This document shows, in pieces, positions 52,787-64,000 of a DNA stretch of 64,000 nucleotides (position 1 is its first letter; the number at the start of each line of letters is the position of its first letter). Position numbers and translations under genes: made by a program. The notes under the pieces are model-generated. The model was not told where the DNA came from. It was given only the letters and a program-made list of their open reading frames with translations, and did not search any database. Origin of the DNA: Eledone cirrhosa (lineage: Eukaryota); the NCBI GenBank assembly GCA_964016885.1, contig OZ024744.1, forward strand, positions 118,544,001 to 118,608,000, read 5' to 3'.

Positions 52787-53750
52787 TTGGTTGAAAATGG
52801 TGTCAAGCAGGGCGATATACCTGCACCGACTTTGTTTGCCTTGTAGTTCGCAATGGTGTTCTTCATGGCCTTCAGGGATTGTCAACACGGTATCTATCTC
52901 AGATATCGCACTTCCGGCAAGCTGTTTAACCTTAGGCGTCTCACTGCCAACACTAAGGTACTGAGTACCTTCATCAGAGAATTTCTATATGCAGATGATT
53001 GTGATCTCTTTGCACACTCCCAGAGTGACATGCAACACCTTATGAATTTTCCAATGCATGCAATGCTTTGAGACTGAAGAAGACTGTCATCATGTACTAA
53101 CCTGCTCCGGATAAAGTTTTCAAGGAACCCTCCATATACGGTCAAAAGCTGAAGGTTGCTGACACATTTGTGTATTTGGGGAGTACTCTGAGTGTGGCCT
53201 GCTCTCTGGATGCAGAAGTTGGTCTACGTGTTATAGTAAGGCAAGTAAGTCATTTGGAAGGCTCAGCCACTGTCTTTGGTGCAGACGAGGAATCATAATG
53301 AAATCCCACTAGACAACGAAGTAAAGCAAGGTGATATTCCTGCTCCTACACTTTTCTCCATCTTCTTTGATACCTTGCTCACACTTGATTTCCATAATTG
53401 TGATAGAAGCATTCTTTTACTGTTCAGAACCACTGGAAAAGTTTTCAACTTAAGAAAGTTTAATGCCAACTGATCAGAGACCTTCTTTACGTCAATGATG
53501 TTGATTTCCTAGCACACACAGAAGCTGACATACAACAATACAACACATTAGGACCGTTTCTCATACTTGTATACAACATTTAGGCTTATAATCAGCCTTA
53601 AACAGACCAAAGTAATGATTACTTCTGCTCCTGAAGAACCATATACTAAACCCAATATCAAGGTTGATGGAACTAAGCTGGGAGTAATAGATAAATTAGT
53701 CTACTTGGGTAGCACACTCTCAAATGATGACTCCTTGTATGCGAAATACA
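52787..53750 (+). mobile_element. Two further diverged RTE family B-like RT fragments (52787-53280, 53290-53750)
   Basis: Each begins near VKQGDIPAPTLF and continues through (Y)ADD-like and VYLGSTL motifs. Confidence 0.8.
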
Positions 53751-53779
53751 TCTGGTGGTGGTGATGGTAGTAGTAAGGG

Positions 53780-54825
53780 TACTACCTCACCTGTATTACC
53801 TCCCCTATTACCTGCCCTGTATTTCTATTCCCCTGTATTACCTCCCCTGTACTACTACCTCTCCTGTATTACCTCCCCTGCATTACCTCCTCTGTACTAC
53901 TAGCTCCCCCATGTTACCTCTCCTGTATTACTACCCCTGTACTACTACATCCCCTGTATTACGTCTCCTGTACTATTACCTTACCTGTACTACTACCTCC
54001 CCTGTATTACCTCCCCTGTACTACTACCTCCCCTGTACTACCTCCCCTGTATTACTACCTCCCTGTATTACCTCCCCTGTACTACCCCCCCCCCTGTATT
54101 ACCTCACCTGTATTACCTCCCCTGTACCACTACCTCCCCTGTACTACTACCTCCTCTGTATTACCTCCCCTGTACTACCTCCCCTGTACTACTACCCCCC
54201 CCCCTGTATTACCTCCCCTGTATTACCTCTGCTGTACTACCTCCCCTGTATCACCTCCCCTGTACTATTCCACTGTACTACCTCCCCTGTATTACCCCCT
54301 GTACTACCTCCCCTGTATTACTACCTCCACTGTATTACTACCTCCCCTGTATTACTACCTCCCCTGTATTACTACCTCCACTGTATTACTACCTCCCCTG
54401 TATTACTACCTCCACTGTATTACTACCTCCCCTGTATTACTACCTCCACTGTATTACTACCTCCCCTGTATTACTACCTCCACTGTATTACTACCTCCCC
54501 TGTATTACTACCTCCCCTGTATTACTACCTCCCCTGTATTACTACCTCCCCTGTATTACTACCTCCACTGTATTACTACCTCCCCTGTACTGCCTCCCCT
54601 GTACTACTACCTCCTCTGTACTCCTACCTCCCCTTTACTACTACCTCCCCTGTACTACTCCACCACCTGTATTACTACCTCCACTGTACTGCCTCCCCTG
54701 TACTACTACCTCCCCTGTACTACTACCTCCCCTGTATTACTACCTCCTCTGTACTACCTCCCCTGTATTACTACCTCCTCTGTACTACCTCCCCTGTATT
54801 ACCTCCCCTGTGTTACCTCACCTGT
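53780..54825. repeat. Degenerate short-period minisatellite (CTACCTCCCCTGTATTA-like, 14-17 bp units)
   Basis: Repeated TACCTCCCCTGTA(T/C)TAC motifs. Confidence 0.93.
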
Positions 54826-54968
54826 TTAATAATCACCTCTAAAGTAAAGAATATCAACTGATTTTGAGAAATATCTTCTATTGATTAAGTATGCTTATAC
54901 TATAAGCATACTTATAGTAACCTGTAGGAAAATGAAAAGTTAATGAGTTCGTTTTGTTTCTGAAATAG

Positions 54969-55123
54969 GTAAAGGAACTTACAAATGGAAAAGATCTGGG
55001 AATATGTATGATGGAGATTGGAGTCATGATAAAAGAAATGGATTTGGAACCTTAAGTATTCCAGACAGTCATGGAGGTCTTCGGAAACAGTACGCAGGAG
55101 GTTGGAAAAATGACAGGCGACAT
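54969..55123 (+). CDS. MORN3: MORN3-like coding exon 2
   Basis: Acceptor TAG|GT at 54968 completes the phase-1 Gly. KGTYKWKRSGNMYDGDWSHDKRNGFGTLSIPDSHGGLRKQYAGGWKNDRRH. Donor CAT|GTAAGA, phase 0. Confidence 0.92.
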
Positions 55124-55450
55124 GTAAGAGGACGTTTCTTATTTACATTTCTAATGAAATACACTCTATTTCAATTAATGAAGTATTTTAAGGGATATCA
55201 TTACTAAGACAGTAATTTAATGTTATTTTGAAAGATTTTAATTTAGATAGGAACTTTTTAAAATGGGTGGTTTTATTTGATAGAACCAGAGCTGGTTTTG
55301 ACTGGGTTGGTAACTAAAGAGTTAAATATACCACAGGCAAATATAAATATGGTTATAATATATAAATGTTTGTATAAATATGTGATGGTGGAAATGATGA
55401 TGATGATGATGATGTAACTATTTATCTAGTTCTATTATTTCTATTCTCAG

Positions 55451-55610
55451 GGTTATGGCGCCCATTTTTACAATTCCGAGGAATATTATGAAGGAGAATG
55501 GTATTGTGACAAAAGGAGTGGTTGGGGTCGGATGTATTATACTGATGGTAGTATCTATGAAGGAGAATGGTATGATGGAATGAGATTTGGACAAGGCATG
55601 TTACGGTTAG
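55451..55610 (+). CDS. MORN3: MORN3-like coding exon 3
   Basis: Acceptor TTCTCAG|. GYGAHFYNSEEYYEGEWYCDKRSGWGRMYYTDGSIYEGEWYDGMRFGQGMLRL. Donor G|GTTGGT at 55611. MORN repeats YEGEW..G...G.G. Confidence 0.92.
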
Positions 55611-55630
55611 GTTGGTGTTTCAGACGAATA

Positions 55631-55852
55631 TCCTTCCTCCATCTCCTCCTTCTTTGCCCACCTAGTCCTGAGTGGGTTAGGGGGTCAGAGTCCTCAAATA
55701 CTTCTAGCAGGTCCTGTCGGAAGCAACCATCTGCAGCTGATCCGGCTGGATCCCTAAGCAAAACCAGCCAAGCTCATGGATGTTATCCAACCATCTTGCT
55801 CCCGTTCTACCCCTGGGTCTTCTGTTGGTTGGTTTTACCTGTAAAATCTGTC
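55631..55852 (-). mobile_element. 3' end of an Expander/Rex3-like RTE LINE, contiguous with the 64-bp satellite
   Basis: Minus strand reads VRMSQERISGQILQVKPTNRRPRGRTGARWLDNIHELGWFCLGIQPDQLQMVASDRTC, matching the RTE C-terminal pattern P.GRRPRGRPR.RW.D....L.W..LGI.P..L..VA.DR. Confidence 0.85.
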
Positions 55853-58800
55853 CAGAGATTCTTTCCTGAGACATTCTAACTACATGTCATAGTATCAGAG
55901 CTGTGATCTCTCAATTCAATGTTTCTTTCCTGAGACATTCTAACCACGTGTCATAGTATCAGAGCTGTTATCTCTCAATTCAATGTTTCTTTCCTGAGAC
56001 ATTCTAACCACGTGTCATAGTATCAGAGCTGCGATCTCTCAATTCAGTGATTCTTTTCTGAGACATTCTAACTACATGTCATAGTATCAGAGCCGTGATC
56101 TCTCAATTCACAGATTCTTTCCTGAGACATCCTAACCACATGTCTGTAGTATCAGAGCTGTGATCTCTCAATTCAGAGATTCTTTCCTGAGACATTCTAA
56201 CTACATGTCATAGTATCAGAGCTGTGATCTCTAAATTCAGAGATTCTTTTCTGAGACATCCTAACCACATGTCTATAGTATCAGAGCTGTGATCTCTCAA
56301 TTCAGAGATTCTTTCCTGCGATATTCTAACCACATGTCACAGTATCAGAGCTGTGATCTCTCAATTCAGAGATTCTTTCCTGAGACATTCTAACCACATG
56401 TCATAGTATCAGAGCTGTGATCTCTCAATTCAGAGATTCTTTCCTGAGACATTCTAACCACATGTCATAGTATCAGAGCTGTGATCTCTCAATTCAGAGA
56501 TTCTTTCCTGAGACATTCTAACCACATGTCACAGTATCAGAGCTGTGATCTCTCAATTCAGAGATTCTTTCCTGAGACATTCTAACCACATGTCATAGTA
56601 TCAAAGGTGTGATCTCTCAATTCAGAGATTCTTTCCTGAGACATTCTAACCACATGTCAAAGTATCAGAGCTGTGATCTCTAAATTCAGTGATTCTTTCC
56701 TGTGACATTCTAACCACATGTCATAGTATCAGAGCTGTGGTCTCTCAACTCAGAGTTTCTTTCCTGTGACATTCTAACCACATGTCTGTAGTATCACAGC
56801 TGTGATCTCTGAATTCAGAGATTCTTTCCTGAGACATTCTAACTACATGTCATAGTATTAGAGCTGTGATCTCTTAATTTAGAGATTCTTTTCTGAGTCA
56901 TTCTAACCACATGTCTATAATATCAGAGCTGTGAACTCTCAATTCAATGTTTCTTTCCTGAGACATTCTAACCACATGTCATAGTATCAGAGCTGTGATC
57001 TCTCAATTCAGAGATTCTTTCCTGAGACATTCTAACTACATGTCATAGTATCAGAGCTGTTATCTCTCAATTCAGAGATTCTTTCCTGAGACATTCTAAC
57101 CACATGTCATAGTATCAGAGCTGTTATCTCTCAATTCAGAGATTCTTTCCTGAGACATTCTAACCACGTGTCATAGTATCAGAGCTGTTATCTCTCAATT
57201 CAATGTTTCTTTCCTGAGACATTCTAACCACGTGTCATAGTATCAGAGCTGCGATCTCTCAATTCAGTGATTCTTTTCTGAGACATTCTAACTACATGTC
57301 ATAGTATCAGAGCCGTGATCTCTCAATTCACAGATTCTTTCCTGAGACATTCTAAACACATATCATAGTATCAGAGCTGTGATCTCTCAATTCAGAGATT
57401 CTTTCCTGAGACATCCTAACCACATGTCTGTAGTATCAGAGCTGTGATCTCTCAATTCAGAGATTCTTTCCTGAGACATTCTAACTACATGTCATAGTAT
57501 CAGAGCTGTGATCTCTAAATTCAGAGATTCTTTTCTGAGACATCCTAACCACATGTCTGTAATATCAGAGCTGTGATCTCTCAATTCAGAGATTCTTTCC
57601 TGAGACATTCTAACCACATGTCACAGTATCAGAGCTGTGATCTCTCAATTCAGAGATTCTTTCCTGAGACATTCTAACCACATGTCATAGTATCAAAGCT
57701 GTGATCTCTCAATTCAGAGATTCTTTCCTGAGACATTCTAACCACATGTCAAAGTATCAGAGCTGTGATCTCTAAATTCAGTGATTCTTTCCTGTGACAT
57801 TCTAACCACATGTCATAGTATCAGAGCTGTGGTCTCTCAACTCAGAGTTTCTTTCCTGTGACATTCTAACCACATGTCTGTAGTATCACAGCTGTGATCT
57901 CTGAATTCAGAGATTCTTTCCTGAGACATTCTAACTACATGTCATAGTATTAGAGCTGTGATCTCTTAATTTAGAGATTCTTTTCTGAGTCATTCTAACC
58001 ACATGTCTATAGTATCAGAGCTGTGATCTCTCATTTCATAGATTCTTTCATGAGACATTCTAACCACATGTCATAGTATCAGAGCAGTGATGTCTCAATT
58101 CAGAGATTCTTTCCTGGGACATTCTAACCACATGTCATAGTATCAGAGCTGTGATCTCTCAATTCACAAATTCTTTCCAGAGACATTCTAACCACAGGTC
58201 ATAGTATCAGAGCTGTGATCTCTCATTTCAGAGTTTCTTTCCTAAGACATTTTAACCACATGTCATAGTATCAGAGCTGTGATCTCCCAATTCAGAGACT
58301 CTCTCCTGAGACATTCTAACCACATGTCTGTAGTATCAGAGCTGTGATCTCCCAATTCAGAGACTCTCTCCTGAGACATTCTAACCACATGCCCATAGAT
58401 AGAATTAGAGCTGTGATACCTCAATTTAGAGATTCTTTCCTGAGTCATTCTAACTACATGTCATAGTAGCAGAGCTGTGATCTCTCAATTCACAGATTCT
58501 TTCATGAGTCATTCTAACTACATGTCATAGTATCAGAGCTGTGATCTCTCAATTCACAGATTCTTTCCTTTAGTCATTCTAACCACATGTCATAGATTCA
58601 GAGCTGTGATCTCTCAATTCACAGATTCTTTTCTTGAGTCATTCTAACCACATGTCATAGTATCAGAGCCGTGATCTCTCAATTCACAGATTCTTTCCTG
58701 AGACATTCTAACTACATGTCAAAGAATCAGAGCTGTGATCTCTCATTTCAGAGATTCTTTCCTGAGACATTTGAACCACATGCCCATAGAATCAGAGCTA

Positions 58801-61800
58801 TGATATCTTAATTCAGAGATTCTTTCCTGAGACGTTCTAAACATATGTCTATAGTATCACAGCTGTGATCTCTGAATTCAGAGATTCTTTCCAAAGACAT
58901 TCTAACCACATGTTTGTAGTATTAGAGCTGTGATCTCTCAATTCACAGATTCTTTCCTGAGACATTCTAACCACATGTCATAGTGTCAGAGCTGTGAGCT
59001 CTCGTTTCAGAGTTTCTTTCCTAAGACATTTTACCCACATGTCATAGTATCAGAGCTGTGATCTCTAAATTCAGAGATTCTTTCCTGAGACATTCTAACC
59101 ACATGTCATAGTATCAGAGCTGTGATCTCTAACTTCACAGATTCTTTCCTGAGACATTCTAACCACATGTCATAGTATCAGAGCTGTGATCTCTCAATTC
59201 AGAGATTCTTTCCTGAGACATTCTAACCACATGTCAAAGAATCAGAGCTGTGATCTCTCATTTCAGATATTCTTTCCTGAGACATTTGAACAACATGCCC
59301 ATAGAATCAGAGCTATGATATCTTAATTCAGAGATTCTTTCCTGAGACGTTTTAAACATATGTCTATAGTATCACAGCTGTGATCTCTGAATTCAGAGGT
59401 TCTTTCCAGAGACATTCTAACCACATGTCTGTAGTATCACAGCTGTGATCTCTGAATTCAGAGATTCTTTCCTGAGACATTCTAACCACATGTCCATAGT
59501 ATCAGAGCTGTGATCTCTGAATTCAGAGATTCTTTCCTGAGACATTCTAAACATATGTCTATAGTATCACAGCTGTGATCTCTGAATTCAGAGATTCTTT
59601 CCAGAGACATTCTAACCACATGTTTGTAGTATTACAGCTGTGATCTCTCAATTTAGAGATTCTTTTCTGAGTCATTCTAACCACATGTCCATAGTATCAG
59701 AGCTGTGATCTCTCATTTCATAGATTCTTTCCTGAGACATTCTAACCACAGGTCATAGTATCAGAGCTACCATCTCTCAATTGAGAGATTCTTTCCTGAG
59801 ATTTTTCAACACATGTCATAATATCAGAACTGTGATCTCTCAATTCAGAGATTCTTTCCTGAGACATTCTAACCAAATGTCTGTAATATCAGAGCTGTGA
59901 TCTCTCAATCCAATGATTATTTTTTGAGCCATTCTAACCCATGTCCATACTATCAGAGCTGTGATCTCTTAATCCAGAGATTCTTTCCTGAGATATTCTA
60001 ACCACATGTCATAGTATCAGAGCTGTGATCTCTCAATTCAGTGATTCTTTCCTGAGACATTCTAACCACATGTCATAGTATCAGGGCTGTGATCTCTAAA
60101 TTCAGAGATTCTTTCCTGAGACATTCTAACCACATGTCATAGTATCAGAGCTGTGATCTCTTAATTCAGAGATTCTTTCCTGAGACATTCTAACCACATG
60201 TCATAGTATCAGAGTTGTGATCTCTCAATTCAGAGATTCTTTCCTGAGACATTCTAACTACATGTCATATTATCAGAGCTGTGATCTCTAAATTCAGAGA
60301 TTCTTTCCTGAGACATTCTAACCACATATCATAGTATCAGAGCTGTGATCTCTAAATTCACAGATTCTTTCCTGAGACATTCTAACTGCATGTCAAAGAA
60401 TCAGAGCTGTGATCTCTCATTTCAGATATTCTTTCCTGAGAAATTTGAACAACATGCCCATAGAATCAGAGCTATGATATCTTAATTCAGAGATTCTTTC
60501 CTGAGACGTTTTAAACATATGTCTATAGTATCACAGCTGTGATCTCTGAATTCAGAGATTCTTTCCTGAGACATTCTAACCACATGTTTGTAGTATTAGA
60601 GCTGTGATCTCTCAATTTAGAGATTCTTTTCTGAGACATTCTAACCACATGTCCGTAGTATCAGAGCTGTGATCTCTCATTTCATAGATTCTTTCCTGAG
60701 ACATTCTAACCACATGTCATAGTATCAGAGCTGTGATGTCTCAATTCAGAGATTCTTTCCTCAGACATTCTAACCACATGTCATAGTATCAGAGCTGTGA
60801 TCTCTCAATTCCCAGATTCTTTCCTGATACATTCTAACCACAGGTCATAGTATCAGAGCTGTGATCTCTCAATTCAGAGATTCTTTCCTGAGACATTCTA
60901 ACCACATATCTGCAGTATCACAGCTGTGATCACTGAATTCAGAGATTCTTTCCTGAGACATTCTAACCACATGTCATATTATCAGATCTGTGGACTCTCA
61001 ATTCGCAGATTCTTTCTTGAGACATTCTATCCACATGTCATAGTATCAGAGCTGTGATCTCTCAATTCAGAGACTCTCTCCAGAGACATTCTAACCACAT
61101 GCCTATAGAATTAGCGCTGTGATACCTCAATCCAGAGATTTTTTCTTGAGACATTCTAACCTCATGTCATATATCAGAACTGTGATCTCTCAATTCAGAG
61201 ATTCTTTCCTGAGTCATTCTAACCAAATGTCCATAGTATCAGAGCTGTCATCTCTCAATTCAGAGATTCTTTCCTGAGACATTCTAACCACATGTCATAG
61301 TATCAGAGCTGTGATCTCTTAATTCAGAGATTCTTTCCAGAGACATTCTAACCACAGGTCATAGTATCAGAGCTGTGATCTCTCAATTCAGAGATTCTTT
61401 CCTGAGACATTCTAACCACATATCTGCAGTATCACAGCTGTGATCTCTGAATTCAGAGATTCTTTCCTAAGACATTCTAACCACATGTCATATATCAGAA
61501 CTGTGATCTCTCAATTCAGAGATTCTTTCCTGAGTCATTCTAACCAAATGTCCATAGTATCAGAGCTGTCATCTCTCAATTCACAGATTCTTTCCTGAGA
61601 CATTCTAACCACATGTCATAGTATCAGAGCTGTGATCTCTCAATTCAGAGATTCTTTCCTGAGTCATTCTAACCACATATCATAGTATCAGAGCTATGAT
61701 ATCTTAATTCAGAGATTCTTTCCTGAGACGTTTTAAACATGTCTATAGTATCACAGCTGTGATCTCTGAATTCAGAGATTCTTTCCTGAGTCATTCTAAA

Positions 61801-64000
61801 CATATGTCTATAGTATCACAGCTGTGATCTCTGAATTCAGAGATTCTTTCCTGAGACATTCTAAACATATGTCTATAGTATCACAGCTGTGATCTCTGAA
61901 TTCAGAGATTCTTTCCGGAGACATTCTAACCACATGTCTGTAGTATCACAACTGTGATCTCTCAATTCACAGATTCTTTCCTGAGACATTTTAACCACAT
62001 GTCAGAGTATCAGAGCTGTGATCTCTCAATTTAGAGATTGTTTCCTGAGTCATTCTAACCACATGTCCATATTATCAGAGCTGTGATCTCTCAATTCAGG
62101 GATTCTTTACCGAGACATTATAACCACATGTTATAGTATCAGAGCTGTGATCTCTCAATTCAGAGATTCTTTCTTGAGACATTCTAAACATATGTCTATA
62201 GTATCACAGCTGTGATATCTGAATTCAGAGATTCTTTCCAGAGTCATTCTAACCACATGTCCATAGTATCAGAGCTGTGATATCTTAATCGAGAGATTCT
62301 TTCCTGAGACATTCCAACTGCATGTCTATACTATCAGGGCTGTGATCTCTCAATTCAGAGATTCTTTCCTGAGACATTATAACCACATGTTATAGTATCA
62401 GAGCTGTGATCTCTCAATTCAGAGATTCTTTCCTGAGACATTCTAACCACATGTCTGTAGTATTGGAGCTGTGATCTCTCAATTCAGAGATTCTTTCCTG
62501 AGACATTTTAACCACATGTCATAGTATCAGAGCTGTCATCTCTCAATTGATAGATTCTTTCCTGAGACATTCTAACCACATGTCAACGATTCAGAGCTAT
62601 CATCTCTCAATTCAGAGATTCTTTCCTGAGATTTTTAAACACATGTCATAGTATCAGAGCTGTGATCTCTCATTTCATAGATTCTTTCCTGAGACATTCT
62701 AACCACATTCATAATATCAGAGCTGTGAACTCTGAATTCAGAGTTTCTTTCCATAGACATTCTAACCACACGTCTGTAGTATCACAGCTGTGATCTCTCA
62801 ATTCAGTGATTCTTTCCTGAGACATTCTAACAACATGTCATAGTATCAGAGCTGTGATCTCTCAATTCAGTGATTCTTTCCCTAACCACATGTCATAGTA
62901 TCAGAGCTGTGATCTCTCAATTCAGAGATTCTTTCCTGAGACATTCTAACAACATGTCATAGTATCAGAGCCGTGATCTCTCAATTCAGAGATTCTTTCC
63001 TGAGACTTTCTAACCACATGTCTGTAGTATCACAGCTGTGATCTCTCAATCCAGTGATTATTTTTGGAGCCATTCTAACCCGATGTCCATACTATCAGAG
63101 CTGTGATCTCTTAATCCAGAGATTCTTTCCTGTGACATTTTAACCACATGTCTGTAATATCAGAGCTGTGATCTCTCAATTCAGAGATTCTTTCCTGAGC
63201 CATTCTAACTTCATGTCATAGTATCAGAGCTGTGATCTCCCAATTCAGAGATTCTTTCCTGAGTCGTTCTAACCACATGTCCATAGTATCAGTGCTGTGA
63301 TCTCTCAATTTAGAGATTCTTTCCTGAGACATTCTAACTCCATGTCATAGTATCAGAGCTTTGATCTCTCAATTCATAGATTCTTTCCTGAGATAATCTA
63401 ACCACATGTCCATATTATCAGAGCTGTGATCTCTCAATTCATAGATTCTTTCCTGAGACATTCTAACCACATGTCATAGTATCAGAGCTGTAATCTCTCA
63501 ATTCAGAGATTCTTTCCTGAGACATTCTAACCACATATCATAGTATCAGAGCTATGATCCCTTAATTCAGAGATTCTTTCCTGAGACGTTCTAAACATAT
63601 GTGTATAGTATCACAGCTGTGATCTCTGAATTTAGAGATTCTTTCCTAAGACATTCTAACCACATGTCATAGTATCAGAGCTGTGATCTCTCAATTCAGA
63701 GATTCTTTCCTGAGACATTTTAACCACATGTATAGTATCAGAGCTGTGATGTCTCAATTCACAGATTCTTTCCTGAGATATTCTAACCACATGTCATAGT
63801 ATCAGAGCTGTGATCTCTCAATTCAGAGATTCTTTCCTGAGACATTTTAACCACATGTATAGTATCAGAGCTGTGATCTCTCAATTCAGAGATTCTTTCC
63901 TGAGACATTCTAACCACATGTCATAGTATCACAGAGCTGTGATATCCCAATTCACAGATTCTTTCCTGAGACATTCTAACTACATGTCATAGTATCAGAT
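55853..64000. repeat. 64-bp (63-65 bp variants) tandem satellite, ~127 monomers, open at the right edge, derived from an RTE ORF segment
   Basis: Consensus CAGAGATTCTTTCCTGAGACATTCTAACCACATGTCATAGTATCAGAGCTGTGATCTCTCAATT. The minus strand of the 65-bp variant reads L*IERSQL*YYGHVVRMSQERIS. Confidence 0.96.

Noticed and set aside
53755-54861. 368-aa Pro/Tyr/Leu/Cys-rich ORF
   Set aside because: Translation of a degenerate minisatellite that lacks stops by composition; lies in MORN3 intron 1 with no domain features.
55611-55879. C-terminal extension of ORF 55532-55879 as MORN3 coding sequence
   Set aside because: MORN similarity stops at GMLRL where a GT donor occurs; the remainder is antisense RTE sequence in the intron.

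Overview
Eukaryotic, AT-rich, repeat-dense genomic DNA. It is probably from an invertebrate; a coleoid cephalopod such as octopus is a plausible inference from the SINE/LINE spectrum, but this is not proven. The only host gene I can support is a MORN3-like (MORN-repeat) gene on the + strand, with three coding exons (24776-24932, 54969-55123, 55451-55610), a ~30 kb first intron, and the rest beyond the window. Most other sequence is retroelement-derived: a CR1-like LINE, five large copies of an RTE-type LINE with a PHD-like C4HC3 finger inserted in its RT region, a second RTE/BovB-like LINE with C-terminal C2H2 fingers and internally deleted derivatives, an RLE-type (R4/Dong-like) fragment, Penelope-like GIY-YIG elements with minimal hammerhead-ribozyme motifs and long palindromes, SINEs and a probable Helitron. 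The most striking feature is three tandem arrays whose monomers are pieces of retroelements. A 12.5 kb 61-bp satellite comes from the C-terminal codons of the adjacent CR1-like ORF2. An >8 kb 64-bp satellite comes from an Expander/Rex3-like RTE ORF and sits inside MORN3 intron 3. An 11x100-bp array comes from a deleted tRNA-SINE. For the two LINE-derived arrays the parent element is still joined to the array. All family assignments are by-eye motif recognition, not database searches, and element boundaries are approximate.
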